Assembly (NCBI RefSeq): GCF_006345805.1 | Contig: NC_043012.1 | Location: 37,262,001 to 37,326,000 of the forward strand | Reading direction: 5' to 3' | Source: Octopus sinensis | Taxonomy: Eukaryota | DNA: 64,000 nucleotides | Shown here: positions 13,484-26,510 of the stretch, in pieces | Position numbering within the stretch: position 1 is the stretch's first letter | How the letters are laid out: every line of letters starts with the position of its first letter | Translations under genes and position numbers: made by a program | The notes under the pieces: model-generated | Database searches by the model: none | What the model was told of the DNA's origin: nothing | Seen by the model: the letters and a program-made list of their open reading frames with translations, nothing else

Positions 13484-14149
13484 ATGATTTAGACAGAGTT
13501 ACAAAAGTATAAATTGCTGGAACCTTTCAGACCAGATGCTGAGACGTTGAAAGCCTTTTATAAAAAACTTACTAAAGTGAGATGGACTGCTGCTGCTGCT
13601 GCCATCAACTTAAGATGCCTAACAAAGAACATATATCATGAAATGTAACACTATCCCATACAAGATGGGGGAAAAAGTGAAGTCTTGTAGAAAGTTTAGG
13701 GGTTTCAGGTTTTTCTGATAAAACGGTAAACTGGCACCAGTCGTTGGCATCTGTTATTTGCTAAATTTGTAAACATGCTTTGAAGTCATTAAACAATTAG
13801 TCCTCTCCTTTGCTGCCACCCCCTCAGAGTTTATTGTTTCTATTATAATAATGGTTTTGGCTGCTGTCAGGTTTAATACTCGTATCTTATTCCTGCTTTA
13901 CCATTTGTAAATTTCTAATTAGCCCCGAGATTCTTTAGGGGTCTTTTTTTGGAAGTGGGGAGCAAATCATCGTCGTTTAACATCCCCAATTCATGCCTGC
14001 ATGGGTTCGATGGAATTTCTTAAGGCAGACTATTCTGTGGCTGGATGAAACGGGTAAGGGCCGATTGTCACCGGCCCTCACCTGTTTCCAAGTAAGGTAG
14101 TATCTCCCTGTTGTCAGATATGTTTTCACACACACACACACACACACAC

Positions 14150-14345
14150 TTCATCATCGTTTAACATCCACTTTCCATGCTGGCATGGGTTGGACGGTTT
14201 GACAGGAACCAGCCAGGTAGAAGACTGCACCAGACTTCTGTGTCTGTTTCGGCAGGGTTTATATGGCTGGATGCCCTTCCTAACACCAACGACCCCGTAG
14301 AGTGGACTGAGTGCTTTTTATGTGGCCCCAGCTCAAGCAAAGTCA
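14150..14345 (-). mobile_element. SINE family C
   Basis: Homology to 18727-18967, 27510-27850 and 63453-63710. Confidence 0.8.
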
Positions 14346-14459
14346 GCTTTGACATACACACACACATATATATATATATATATGTGTGTTATATACACAC
14401 ATACATATAAGTGTACTTGTTTACAGCACACCGGTTTTATAACTATATTCACATGTAAT

Positions 14460-14610
14460 AGAACCAGGTACCTCTGTGCTATAAGCAGTCCAACACAACT
14501 AGGTACCTCTGTAATATAAACTTGTATATAGCAAAACTAGCTACCTCTATGCTATAAACGCTCTTCCAAAACTAGGTACCTTTCTGCTATAAAAAGTCTT
14601 GCAAAACTAT
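14460..14610. repeat. Second block of the same 35-bp minisatellite
   Basis: Same unit and same order of variants as 13110-13220. Confidence 0.85.
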
Positions 14611-14627
14611 AGGCATTCTTGTATATA

Positions 14628-15010
14628 TACTCTTTTACTCTTTTACTTGTTTCAGTCATTTGACTGCGACCATGCTGGAGCACCGCCTTTAATCGAGCAA
14701 CTCGACCGCGGGACTTATTCTTTGTAAGCCCAGTACTTATTCTATCGGTCTCTTTTGCCAAACCGCTAAGTAACGGGGACATAAACACACCAGCATCAGT
14801 TGTCAAGCAATGCTAGGGGGACAAGCACAGACACACAAACACACATATATATACATATATACGACGAGCTTCTTTCAGTTTCCGTCTACCAAATCCACTC
14901 ACAAGGCATTGGTCGGCCCGAGGCTATAGCAGAAGACACTTGCCCATGGTGCCACGCAGTGGGACTGAACCCGGAACCATGTGGTTGGTAAACAAGCTAC
15001 TTATCACACA
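14628..15010 (-). mobile_element. SINE family A, young copy
   Basis: Very similar to 50301-50762, with CpGs retained. Confidence 0.9.
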
Positions 15011-15405
15011 GATATTTTATATAAATATAAATTTAATAGTGTTCACTTCCGGATTCTCTCACTCTGAAAGTTTCTAGTTTGAATCACACGTGTCTCGAGA
15101 TGTGCCGAAGATTTTCTATTTTGGATATATTTGGGGTACTTAGGTCTGCTCAAGACTTAGTGCTTGCCTTTTCCATGGGTATGAGTAAGTATTTCACTTA
15201 TATCTCACATATTTATCGCTGAAGAGGGGAACATTCTTATGAATTAACCCCGAAATTGGGACCAATACCGTAATAATGGATTTTTTAGAAATTTCTATCG
15301 GTTTGTTTCGAGAAGCATAAATTATAATGGTTATTGACAATTTTGTCTTTTTTCTGGCATATTTGGCATTAGAATTTTTCTTTTGCCCTTATTTTGTAAA
15401 TTATG

Positions 15406-15439
<34 letters not shown>

Positions 15440-15779
15440 ATATATATAAAAATATATTTTATATATGTATGTATGTATGTGTATTTGTATATATATATAT
15501 ATATATATATATTCATGTATGTATGTATGTATGTATATGTATGTACATACATGTGAATTGTATTGCTATTAGAACCTGTAGCCATCTTGAGTATCATCTT
15601 GATAGTAAATTCAGCTTCAAATTTGTGAACTTATTATTTTTTTTTGTTTTATATTTTCCTGTTAATTAAAAGAACCATGTTTTGCTATAATTGGTTCATT
15701 GATTGCCATGATATTGCTTAATTTAATTTAGAGAACAAAAATAGAAAACACAGTTTTGAAAAAATATTTTGGAAATATT

Positions 15780-16450
15780 CCGATAAGTTACCACCTGTTT
15801 ATATACTGTAGAGTCCCTCCATGAACTAAAGTTCTCTCATCCCTATTCTCTCTCTTGCTGACTGGACCTTTTTTTTCTCTCTTTCATCTTTTCCATTTTC
15901 AAAGAAAATATTTCTCCCAGCCTTCACTATTTTCCTCTCGTTCTGGTCAAATAACTCTTGTTTGTTTTCATTCAGTTTCCTTGTACTTCTCCGCTGTCCT
16001 GTTTTTGTTCCCAACTTTGACCCCTCCATAAATCCTAAATTTTATTTTAGAATTTATGGGAGCAACTGTCTTTGAAGACTCATATTGTCGTTGAATGCTC
16101 GAAACGAGGAGTAGATAGACAGAAGACAACTGATGAGGGGCCCTTTCTCTGTGTTTACTTGTCCTGTTCTCCATTTTTTCTCATTGTTTATGCATATTTA
16201 ACTTGTTTGTTCACATATTTCATGTTGTTTGAACTGTTGCTAACGTCCTGTACCCATATATAAAAAAAATCAACATTAATATATATATAATCAGCCGAAA
16301 TTGCGAGGATGATCCGGTTCTTGACTGAGGATAAAAGGCTTCGAATGACCTGTCCTTGTTTTTTTTTGCATCGTCTATCTGGATGTTTTTTGTCCCTTTT
16401 TGTATCACCTAGTTGTCCGGATGTTTTGCGTTCTTGTCCCATTTTGTATT
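15780..16450. mobile_element. Decayed retroelement remnant, possibly Penelope-like
   Basis: Broken purine-rich reading frames on the minus strand, GAAAC and CTGATGA motifs, and T-rich LTR-like text. Family assignment is tentative. Confidence 0.3.
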
Positions 16451-16458
16451 TTATTTTA

Positions 16459-16500
<42 letters not shown>

Positions 16501-17559
16501 GTTGATTTTTTTTATATGGGTACAGGACGTTAACATATACATACTATATATTATTTACTATTTATTACATATATATGTGTATATATATATATATATACAC
16601 ACACACACATATATATAATGTTGATTTAAAAAATTCTATTCATTTAATTTTCCATGTTAGAATGGGTGATGGAGATCTGCTGCAGATATTTGTTGTTGGT
16701 GCTCATTTTCTAATGAGGTTCACTGTGGTTGCATTGCCATTGATACCAGCGTAGAAATTCTCCCAAACATTAGGGACGAATTCCTAAAAATAGGTATCAT
16801 GAGGAGGCACATCTCAATACTGCAGAAAGCAAGGCTGTGCTATTGATTAATGAGCATGTAGTTAATTAGTCTGTGTTGAAACGAGATGTTGCTATGGGTC
16901 TGAAAGGAAACTAGAATTAATCTCTATGTTTGGATGATGAAGTGTTTACAGATCAATGAGTTCATTTATTGGTTTCAGTGAAGTTGATATAAATATCAAT
17001 TATACATACATTTCTTCAGAAATACACACACACACACATATACATACATACATATATATGTGTGTGTGTGTGTGTATATATTGTTGTCCATACTGACATG
17101 GGTTGGACAGTTTGCCCAGGGCTGGTTGTTATCTGAGGGGCTACATCACTCTGGTCTGATTTTGGCATGGTTCCTGCAGCTGGATGCCCATTCATGTGCC
17201 ACCAGCACCAGTTGTGCGACACCAGTGTATGCCACGGCTACAACTTCACTTGGCTTGATGGGTCTTCTTCTCGAGCACAACATATTGCCAAAGGTCCTGG
17301 TCATATATATATATACATACTGTACTTATTGTATCATATTACTCTTTCATGTACATTGTTTTGTTCTATATTGTTATGTTTGACCTTAATGTTCATATGT
17401 AGTGGTTTAATAAACTATGTGATTGGGTATTATCTGGTAGTTGATCGTTGATTAAGATGTGTTTCTCCATTTTCTTATTCTGTATATATATATATACTAG
17501 GCATAAGTTTCATAAACCACAAAATATAGATATCCACACTTATAACTCTTTATCTTGAT

Positions 17560-17972
17560 TTGAATGTATGTGGAGGTATTTAGAAATGTCCAAACTTATT
17601 TCTGCAAATGTGCTAAGCACTGAAGCTGATCATGGTTTAATCAATAAGCGTAGCAGTGAGGTAAATGCAGTAAAAACAGGATTGGGGGAGGTCAGTGAGG
17701 CCCCATTTAAGCGGCCTTTCAGAAATTGAACCTCTTTACAAGACGCCAATGTCATGTATTTAGTTTAAAATGCAGTGAAAATAGGAGGAGAGGGGGGTCA
17801 GTGGGGACCCAATTAGGTGGCCCTTAAAAACGTAGATACCCTTAGGACATTCTCCGGGATTAGGAGAGTTTCTGGTTTGAGTTTTGTTGTCCTTGCACCA
17901 ATGGTCTACGAAGAGTTAACGAACATAAAAGCGTAACGGACAGAGAAATAGCACTCAAATATATATTAAGAT
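17560..17972 (+). mobile_element. Helitron/HINE-like 3' fragment
   Basis: Ends 'taacggacagagaaatagcactcaaatatatattaagat'. Confidence 0.4.
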
Positions 17973-18149
17973 ATATATGTGTGTGTGTGTGTATATATAT
18001 GTATACATACAATAATATTATATATATGATATTTTAATCTATCTCCCTTATAGAAATTGGCTGCCGATTTCGCGGCGCGCCCGCCCTACCCACCCCCACC
18101 ACCATACCGATATCTCTATTTTGCTCCAACTATACCGGATGTCGTTTTT

Positions 18150-18726
18150 CTCCCACCACCATTATAGGTGTCTACTCTTTGAACCCCCCTCTTCAATACG
18201 CTATTTCACCATGCATTACCCCTCTCTCGATATCCTACGTTCTTCACTTGCCTAGAACCTGTCCTCTGGACCACCCCTCCCACTGGTGCTCACCCTCCAC
18301 TGGCTCCCCTATATTTCTGCATCCCCCCACCACCATTATAGGTGTCTCTCTCTTGAACCCCCCCTCTTCATACGCTATTTCACCATGCATTACCCCTCTC
18401 TCGATATCCTACGTTCTACTTGCCTAGAACCTGTCCTCTGAACCACCCCTCCCACTGGTGCCCACCCCTCCCACTGGTGCTCCCCTATATTTCTGCACCC
18501 CCACCACCATTATAGGTGTCTACTCTTTGAACCCCTCTTCAATACGCTGCTCCCCTATATTTCTGCACCCCCACCACCATTATAGGTGTCTACTCTTGAA
18601 CCCCCCTCTTCAATACGCTATTTCACCATGCATTACCCCTCTCTCGATACCTACGTTCTACTTGACTAGTCCTGTCCTCTGAACCACCCCTCCCTGGTGC
18701 TCCCCTATATTTCTGCACCCCCCCCC
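18150..18726. repeat. C-rich tandem repeat, unit about 175 bp (starts near 18152, 18327, 18500 [truncated, about 68 bp] and 18569)
   Basis: Recurrent 'ccaccaccattataggtgtctactc...gaacccccctcttcaatacgct'. Confidence 0.9.
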
Positions 18727-18967
18727 ATAAAAGCACCATCGAACGTGGCCGATGCCAGACCCCTCTGGCACCTGTGCAGGTGGCCGTAAAAAAACACCCA
18801 CTAACTCGCGGAGTGGTTGGCGTTAGGAAGGGCATCCAGCTGTAGAAACACTGCCAGACTAGACTGGAGCCTGGGGCAGTCCCGAGCTCCCCAGACCCCG
18901 GTCGAACCGTCCAACCCGTGCTAGCGCGGAAAACGGACGTTAAACGATGATGATGATGATGATGATG
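18727..18967 (+). mobile_element. SINE family C, young CpG-rich copy with a (GAT)n tail
   Basis: gagtggttggcgttaggaagggcatccagc...ggaaaacggacgttaaacgatgatgat. Confidence 0.88.
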
Positions 18968-19351
18968 ATATATAATACATACATATATTTTCCTCTGTAT
19001 GAATAATTCTATTGGATTTTGCTCTACACCACTGGTCACAATGTGCTTCTTTGCGTTGTTATAGCTTTTGAATGATGCCACCCTGCTGGGTAGGTGGGTA
19101 GTCTGACATCCACCCTGAACAGAATGTCAGTGTGTCACAGGGTGACCCATTTACAGCTGAGTGGACTGGAGCAATGTGAAATGAAGCGTCTTGCTCAAGA
19201 ACATGATGCATTGCCCAGGCTGGAAATTGAAACCATCATCTTGAAACCACACACACACACACACATTTGCACCCCTGTACATTCACTCACCTCTAAACTC
19301 CTGCACTCACACACACATATGCACCAATATACATATGCACACATGCACCAT

Positions 19352-19735
19352 TTGAGCGTGTGTTTATGTCCCTTAACTTAGTGGTTCAGCAAGAGAGACC
19401 GATACAATAAGAACCAGGTTTTTAAAAAAAGGTACTGCTGTCGATTTGTTTGACTAAAATTTTTCAGGGCAGTGCCCCAGCATGGCCATGGTCTTAGTAA
19501 AATATAAAAGATCTCTCTCTCTCTCTCTACTTATATATTCTTTTATTCTTTCATTTGTTTCAGTCATTTGACTGTGGCCATGCTGGAGCACTGCCTTTAG
19601 TCAAACAAATCAATCCCAGAACTTATTCTTTGTAAGCCTAGTACTTATTCTATCGGTCTCTTTTGCCAAACTGCTAAGTTACTGGGATGTAAACATACTA
19701 GCATCGGTTGTCAAGCGATGTTGTGGGAACAAACA

Positions 19736-19812
<77 letters not shown>

Positions 19813-19948
19813 GACAGATTTCTTTCAGTTTCCATCTACCAAATCCACTTAAGGCTTTGGTTGGCCTGAGGGTGCCACGCAGTGGAACTGAACCCGGAAT
19901 CATGTGGTTGGGAAACGAGCTTCTTACCACACAGCCACTGCTGCACCT
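19352..19948. mobile_element. Tail-to-tail pair of SINE A copies (+ 3' half 19352-19510; - full 19535-19948)
   Basis: The tail sequences occur in both orientations about 25 bp apart. Confidence 0.8.
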
Positions 19949-19949
19949 A

Positions 19950-19998
<49 letters not shown>

Positions 19999-20479
19999 TG
20001 CCTGAGTTGACACATATAAACCCCTATTCACACACACACGCACATGTATGTGTTCAGGTACATATGCACCCACATACAACAGACATATATCGCTCAAAGG
20101 CAACATTTACACACGCATGCATGCACTCATGTGCACACACACACGTTTTATTGTTTTATTGTTCATATATTAGGAATATTATGAATTCGAAACCTGCTTT
20201 GATGTGTGTGTGTGTGTTTAAAAACAACAAAAGCAACTAACCGAATCATATCCTCTGTAGCTACCTCTGTCGGTACTTTAATAAAATAATTTAAACAGAT
20301 AGCAAAAAAACAGAAAAAAAGACAAAAAGGTAGGAGAAAGATATCTCCACTAATTTCATAAATCCTTCACATGTACCTGCGTTGTCGACTATCTAGGAAG
20401 GTGAAATCGCCATTAAGACAGTTGGTGGTGGTTCTTCTATGTGTGTGTGTGTGTGTGTGTTTTATTTTGCTAGCAGCTG

Positions 20480-20594
20480 ATGATTCAACTAATCTGTTTG
20501 TACTGTGTGTGTGTGTGTGTGTGTGTCTTGCGAGAATGAGTCATCATAGTAGGCCAAGCAGAGCAGATATCAGAGCAGGCATTGCTTGCTCTCC

Positions 20595-20626
<32 letters not shown>

Positions 20627-20928
20627 CACTGGCAGCAGCTGATAGAACCAATGTTGAATGAATATATATTTTCCTTCTTTTTTTTCTTTTTTTACGTAGG
20701 TTTCTTTCATTGATAGATATTTTTTTATTTTATTTTATTTTATTTTATTTTATTTTATTTTCAAAACTAATACATTTCTACTTACTACCCAGTCAGTCAG
20801 TCTGTCTGTGTGTATGTCCGTGTGTCTGTGTGCCTGCATGTCCATCACTCCTTCCTCCTCCTCTCACCTCTCCTCCAGCCAGCCCCTCCCCCCACTCATA
20901 CACACACACAAACACACACAACCTCCAT

Positions 20929-20965
<37 letters not shown>

Positions 20966-21203
20966 CATCCTCTTACACCTGTTACACCAAAGACATCCAC
21001 TTACCTATTGGATTATCGTCTAAGCTTATTAACATTCAGCCAGCCTGATACCTCTCTGCTTTCTAAAATATATTGAACTGACAGAAAAAAAAAAAAAGCC
21101 AAAAATGTAGTGGTTTTTTTGTATGCTTTTTTTTATTGTGCTTTTTTTTGTTTCTTTCTGAGGTGTAACAAGAGAAAAAAAAAAGCTCATTGCATTTGTA
21201 AGT
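20480..21203 (+). promoter_or_regulatory. Putative promoter and non-coding first exon of the DUSP gene
   Basis: Non-transposon sequence: (TG)n, palindromic ATGAGTCAT at 20536-20544, CT-rich tracts, then donor-like TTT|GTAAGT at 21198-21203. Confidence 0.45.
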
Positions 21204-21480
21204 CCTCCCCTCCCTCATTATCTCTCTCTATCTCTCTTCCTCCTCTCCCTCTACCTGTATCCCCACCTATATATATATATATGTGTGTGTGTGTGTATAT
21301 ATGTGTATATATATTATATTAAATTATGTGTGTGTGTGTGTGTATATGTATTTGTATCTATATATACATGTATTTGTGTGTGTGTATGTATTTGTATGTG
21401 TGTGTGTATATATATATATATACATACATCTATATATGTATATGTGTATTTGCATATGTATATAGGTATGTATGTATGTG

Positions 21481-21530
<50 letters not shown>

Positions 21531-22196
21531 TGTGTAGTTTCATGTAACGAGGTCTGTAACTACATGGGTTGGATATGTCTATCCAGTTACCTCTGAAAAT
21601 ATAGGGGAAGCACAGATGTGTGTCCCTTTTTAATTTGAGTGATGATGATGATGGTGATTAAATTGCTGAAGCATCGTTTAAATCTATCTATCTAAACTAT
21701 AGCAGAACATGGCTTTATAGACGGATGATACGGTAGTAATATCATAGGATATATATTTCACATAGACAACTACTTGTTGTATGCATCGATATGTCATCGT
21801 CGTCATCATCATCATCAGCATCATTGTCATCGTTGTTGTTTTAACGTCAGTTTTTCCTTACTTGCTCGGGTCATTCGGAATTTGTCGAGGCCAATTTTGT
21901 GCAGTTGGATGCCTTTCCTTTCACCAACCTTCATCTGTTTCCAAGCAAGGTAATATTTCCCTCATGGCTGGACATGCTTCCATGGAATACTGCGAATGAA
22001 GGACACCCCCTCCCTCCGCCCCACCATGTTAGTCGGTGATTCTCACAGTCTTCATACAACATCTAGACAAGGAATCACAAACACACACACTCACACATAC
22101 ACAAACACACACTCACGCATACACACATGCACCCAATGAACTTCTCTCAATTTCCATCTGCCAAAACCCTTCATGAGGCTTGTAAAATATTCTTTA

Positions 22197-23056
22197 CTAC
22201 TCTAGGCACAAGGCCCGAAATTTTTTTGAGGGGGGGGGCATTCGTTTAGATTGAATCCAGTATGCAACTGGTACTTGATTTATCGACTCCAAAAGTTGAC
22301 CTCGGTGGGATTTGAACTCAGAACGTAAAGACAGACGAAATACCGCTAAGCGTTTCAACCAGCGTGCCAACATTTCTGCCAGCTCATTGCCTTGAGGCTT
22401 GTAAAATATTGTGTTAGTCAGAACGCTAAATATTTTGATGTAACCGGTGATGATTGCGATGATGATGACAATGATGATGATGATATCTGCTAGTTTGTAG
22501 TTTCGCAAATAATTCTCAGATAATACAGTTTTGGTTTTAAATAGAAATTCATTATTTTTTAAATCTGCATATGACAAATTTAAAGAACATAAATATATGT
22601 TCAATTTTTTGTTTTTTGTTTTTAAATGTTCATTCTTTGCAAATTTTTGCCATTTGAATGGAAATGGAATTAGTTATGAAACTTTATTTTTGTACTTATT
22701 CCTGACTCATTTTCCATTCTGTGGAATTTCTGCGTGTAGAATATAATAGATTGTGTATGATGGAGGTACAGGTTTTGTTGTTGGGTCACCATCTCTTTAG
22801 TAGCAAACATCAGTTGTCTGTGTGAACGTGTGTGTATTATTTTTATTATTACTATTATTACCGGGCGAAATGCTTAGTATTTCGCATGTCATTACGTTCT
22901 GAGTTCAAATTCCACCAAGGTCGACTTTGCCTTTCATCCTTTTGGGGGTCGATAACTTACGTACTAGTCAAGTACTGGGGTCAGTGTAATCAACTATCCC
23001 CCTCCCCACAGTCCTTGAGCCTATAGTAGAAAGGATTATTGTTATTATTATTATTA

Positions 23057-23087
<31 letters not shown>

Positions 23088-23840
23088 GATAAGGCAGCAA
23101 GCTGGCAGAATTGTTAGCACTCTTGCCAAAATGCTTAGTGGCATTTCATCTGTCTTCACATCTTGAGTTCAAATTCTGCCCAGGTTCACTTTACCTTTTA
23201 TCCTTTTGGGGTTTATAAAATAAGTACCAGTTGAAATTTGGGGTCGCTGTTATTAACTTATTGCTTCCCGCAAACTAGCTAGCTTTGTGCCAAATTTTGT
23301 AACCATTATTATTATTATTATTATCATCATTATTATTATTATAATAGTAATAATAATAATAATAATAATAGGAATGGATTAGTGAATAAAACTGATATCA
23401 ATAATACTAACAGTTATAACAATAATAGTCCTTTCTACTAAAGGAACTAGGCCTGAAATTTGGGGGGAGGGGACTAGTCGATTACATCAACCCCCAGTGT
23501 TTCACTGGTGCTTAATTCTTCAACCCTGAAAGGATGAAAGGTGAAGTCAACCTTGGTAGAATTTGAACTCAGAATGTTAAGACAGACAAAATGCTGCTAA
23601 GCTAACGATTCTGCCAACACACCCTCTTTATGATAATAATAATAATAATAATCCTTTCTACTGGGAGACGGGATTAAGTCGATTACATCGACCCCAGTGT
23701 GTAACTGGTACTTAATTTATCTATCCCAAAACGAAAGGCAAATTCAACCCTGGTGGAATTTGAACTCAGAACGTGAAGACAGTTGAAATACTGCTAAGCA
23801 TTTTGCCCAGTGTGCTAACGATTCTGCCAGTGCGCCACCT
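22197..23840. mobile_element. Cluster of five SINE family B copies (-,+,+,-,-) with (ATT)n tails
   Basis: Repeated 'ctgagttcaaattc...gtcgactttgcctttcatcctt..ggggtc.ataaa..agtaccag' core, which resembles the MetaSINE domain as I recall it. Confidence 0.85.
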
Positions 23841-25949
23841 TAATAATAATTATAATGATAATAATATAATATATATATTATATATAATATATATTGTAAT
23901 GATTAAGATAATGTATAGTGATTGTGTAATAAGTTTTTTGATAAAAAAATTTCTGCCTTCTAATTTTTATGAAACTTGACAAAAACCCAAATCTGTTACC
24001 TTGGCTACTTTTGTTTTATTTCTGGAAACTACAATAAAGGTGATGGCTCCCCATTTGGATATTGGGAAAAGGTTCACACACCTACGTCTTTCTTTTATGT
24101 TTTGCCTTCATAGTATTGATTATAGTTTGATTGCTTATGTCACATCTGTTGAACACACGCTCGTAGTTCTTACTTTGAATGTTCAACTGTGTAAATATGA
24201 TGTTTGCGTGAGAATAGACTTAACTGAAAGAGATAGAGGTGATTTATCAACTGTCATTTCTGCTGTATTCATCATGTAGTCTGTTCCCAGGTAGCAAACA
24301 GCAGCAGGAGCAGCAGTCGGGGCTAATCTTAGCTGTGAATCTCAAATACCTTTAGTGGTTTCATACTGTCTGGTCGGCAGGCAGTGTTGTCTCCTCTCCT
24401 TAGGGTATCTCTTTATATGTTCACACATGTAATTGGAAGCTATGAAAAAAAGAAAAAAGAAAAACCCAAAATAAATAAATAAATAAAGGGAGTATTTTAG
24501 GGGTTAGAAAAGAATGTTCTGAGAACTCACTATTGCTTTTAGTATACTTGTGAATGGAATATGTTAAGGTCAGGCATTTTTTTTTTCTGTGAAAATTGGC
24601 AGGTCTGTTGTTATTGTTGCTGTTGTTGTTTCCCATTTTGAAGGTCAGGTGTTGTTATGTATTTTTCTTGACATAATCCATTCAGAGGTCGTTAAGCATA
24701 TTCTATCAAAACTAAGCCGCTATCATCCTTAGTGTGTCACTGTTTTACTTTTTTGGGGTGTTTTTTTTTTAATGTGTGGACGTATATATATCGGCAAATC
24801 TTGCATGACGACCAGAAAGCTGAAGGAAATAGGGAAAGAATGAGGATTGTTAGGCAAGAATATTCTGTGCAAGCCAGGATGAGAAATAGGCTGGGAAAGA
24901 AAACATCACCTAAGAGAATAGAGAAGATTTTTTAAGAAATTAAAGCATCACAAAGGAAATGAGATAATGGGGCGTTTTTGGCTGACACTGTACCACAAGA
25001 TAGGCTGAGGCATTTCCTGAGGTACTGTTGATAATTTTTTATTATGACTAATAAGATTCTACCAAAATAAAAGTGTTTTAGTCCTGATTTTTGATCTCAG
25101 ATTCACCGATTTCTAAACTAATGTCAGCAAGGGCATCCAACCATAAACTCCATGTTGAAGCAGAGAGTTGAGCTCAGCCCGGTCCTCTGGCTTGCCAGCT
25201 ACGTCCAACCGATGCCAGCACGGGAAACAAACATTAAATTGTGATGATGATGAAGATCATGATTTAATGGCCACAGATAGGAGTAAATTGAATGTATTTT
25301 TATAGATTTATACATTTTGTATATTTCGATTTGCTTTGCAAAACTGAAGAAAATCATTTCCACTTAGAAGACTCGGCGTCTGTTATGGGGGCTTGTCTAT
25401 TCAGAGCTCACAGATATGAACTGGGAATTTTTAAAAGCACTGCCATGACATACACTCATACACTCCTTACTGAGTCTGGTTTTATAACTGAAGCTCATTT
25501 CCTCACTGAGTCACTTTATGTCAGTGTATCTGGCCTCAGATCTTTTATTTTCAGTTGCTCTGTCACTGTTAAAGCTATAAACATCAGTTCTTTCATCTAG
25601 TTAAATTGACTCACACACACACACATGATTTATAAATAGTCTAATCTATAAGTGCATATAAGTATTTATATTCAGATGTTATCGATAGTTCAAAGTTTGC
25701 TGGTTCTTTTCATCACTAGATATCATCATCATCATCATCGTCAGTGTCATCATCATCATCATCATCATCATCACTATCATTATCATTGTCATTTGTGTTT
25801 GTTTTTTTCCCCTCCATCAGAAGTGGTTAAATGAGTCTCACAACCTCACACCTGCCATTTTCTTTCATCAGCTAAAATTATGGGAACTGCAAAAACTGCC
25901 AATCCTTGTACATGTTTTTCTTCCAATTTATTTATTTATTATTATTATT

Positions 25950-26510
25950 ATGGCAATATGCTGGCAGAACCATTAGTGTGCTGGATGAAATGCTTAGCAC
26001 TATTTCGCCTGTCGTTCTGGGTTCAAATTCCGTTGTCATCGACTTCACCTTTCATCCTTACGGTGTCACTAAAATAAATACCAGTTTGGACACAAGGGTC
26101 AATGTTACCGATTCAGCCTATTCCCCAAAATTGCTGCCCTTGTGGCAAAATTTGAAATCATCATTATTATTATTCTTATTCTTATTATTATTATCATTAT
26201 TAAGTTGATGAGCTGGCAGAATTCTGCTATGGTCGACTTTGCCTTTCACCCATTTGTGGTCGATAAAATAAGTACCAGTTATGCACTGGGGTCAATGTAA
26301 TTGACTAGTCCCCACCCCTAATTCCAGGCTTTGTGCGTATAGTAGAAAGAATTATTATTATATTAATTCCGCCGAGGTCGACTTTGCCTTTCATCTTTTC
26401 GGGGTCAATAGATTAAGTACCAGTCAAGTACTCGGGTCAATTTAATCGACTATCCTCCTCCCCCAACATTTCAGGCCCTGTGCCTGTATTAGAAAGGATT
26501 ATCATTATTA
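25950..26510 (+). mobile_element. Three head-to-tail SINE B copies
   Basis: The same core three times, separated by (ATT)n. Confidence 0.85.

Noticed and set aside
14552-14806. Recurrent ORF 'MTTDAGVF...LQHGRSQMTETSK' (also 50131-50478 and 8806-9069)
   Set aside because: It is a SINE A 3' half read in frame; the recurrence reflects repeat copies, not a gene family.
15826-16029. Lys/Glu-rich minus-strand ORF
   Set aside because: Short, flanked by stops, and within a probable retroelement remnant.
25292-25600. 102-aa ORF in non-repeat sequence
   Set aside because: No recognisable domain, TTG start, and no convincing splice sites.
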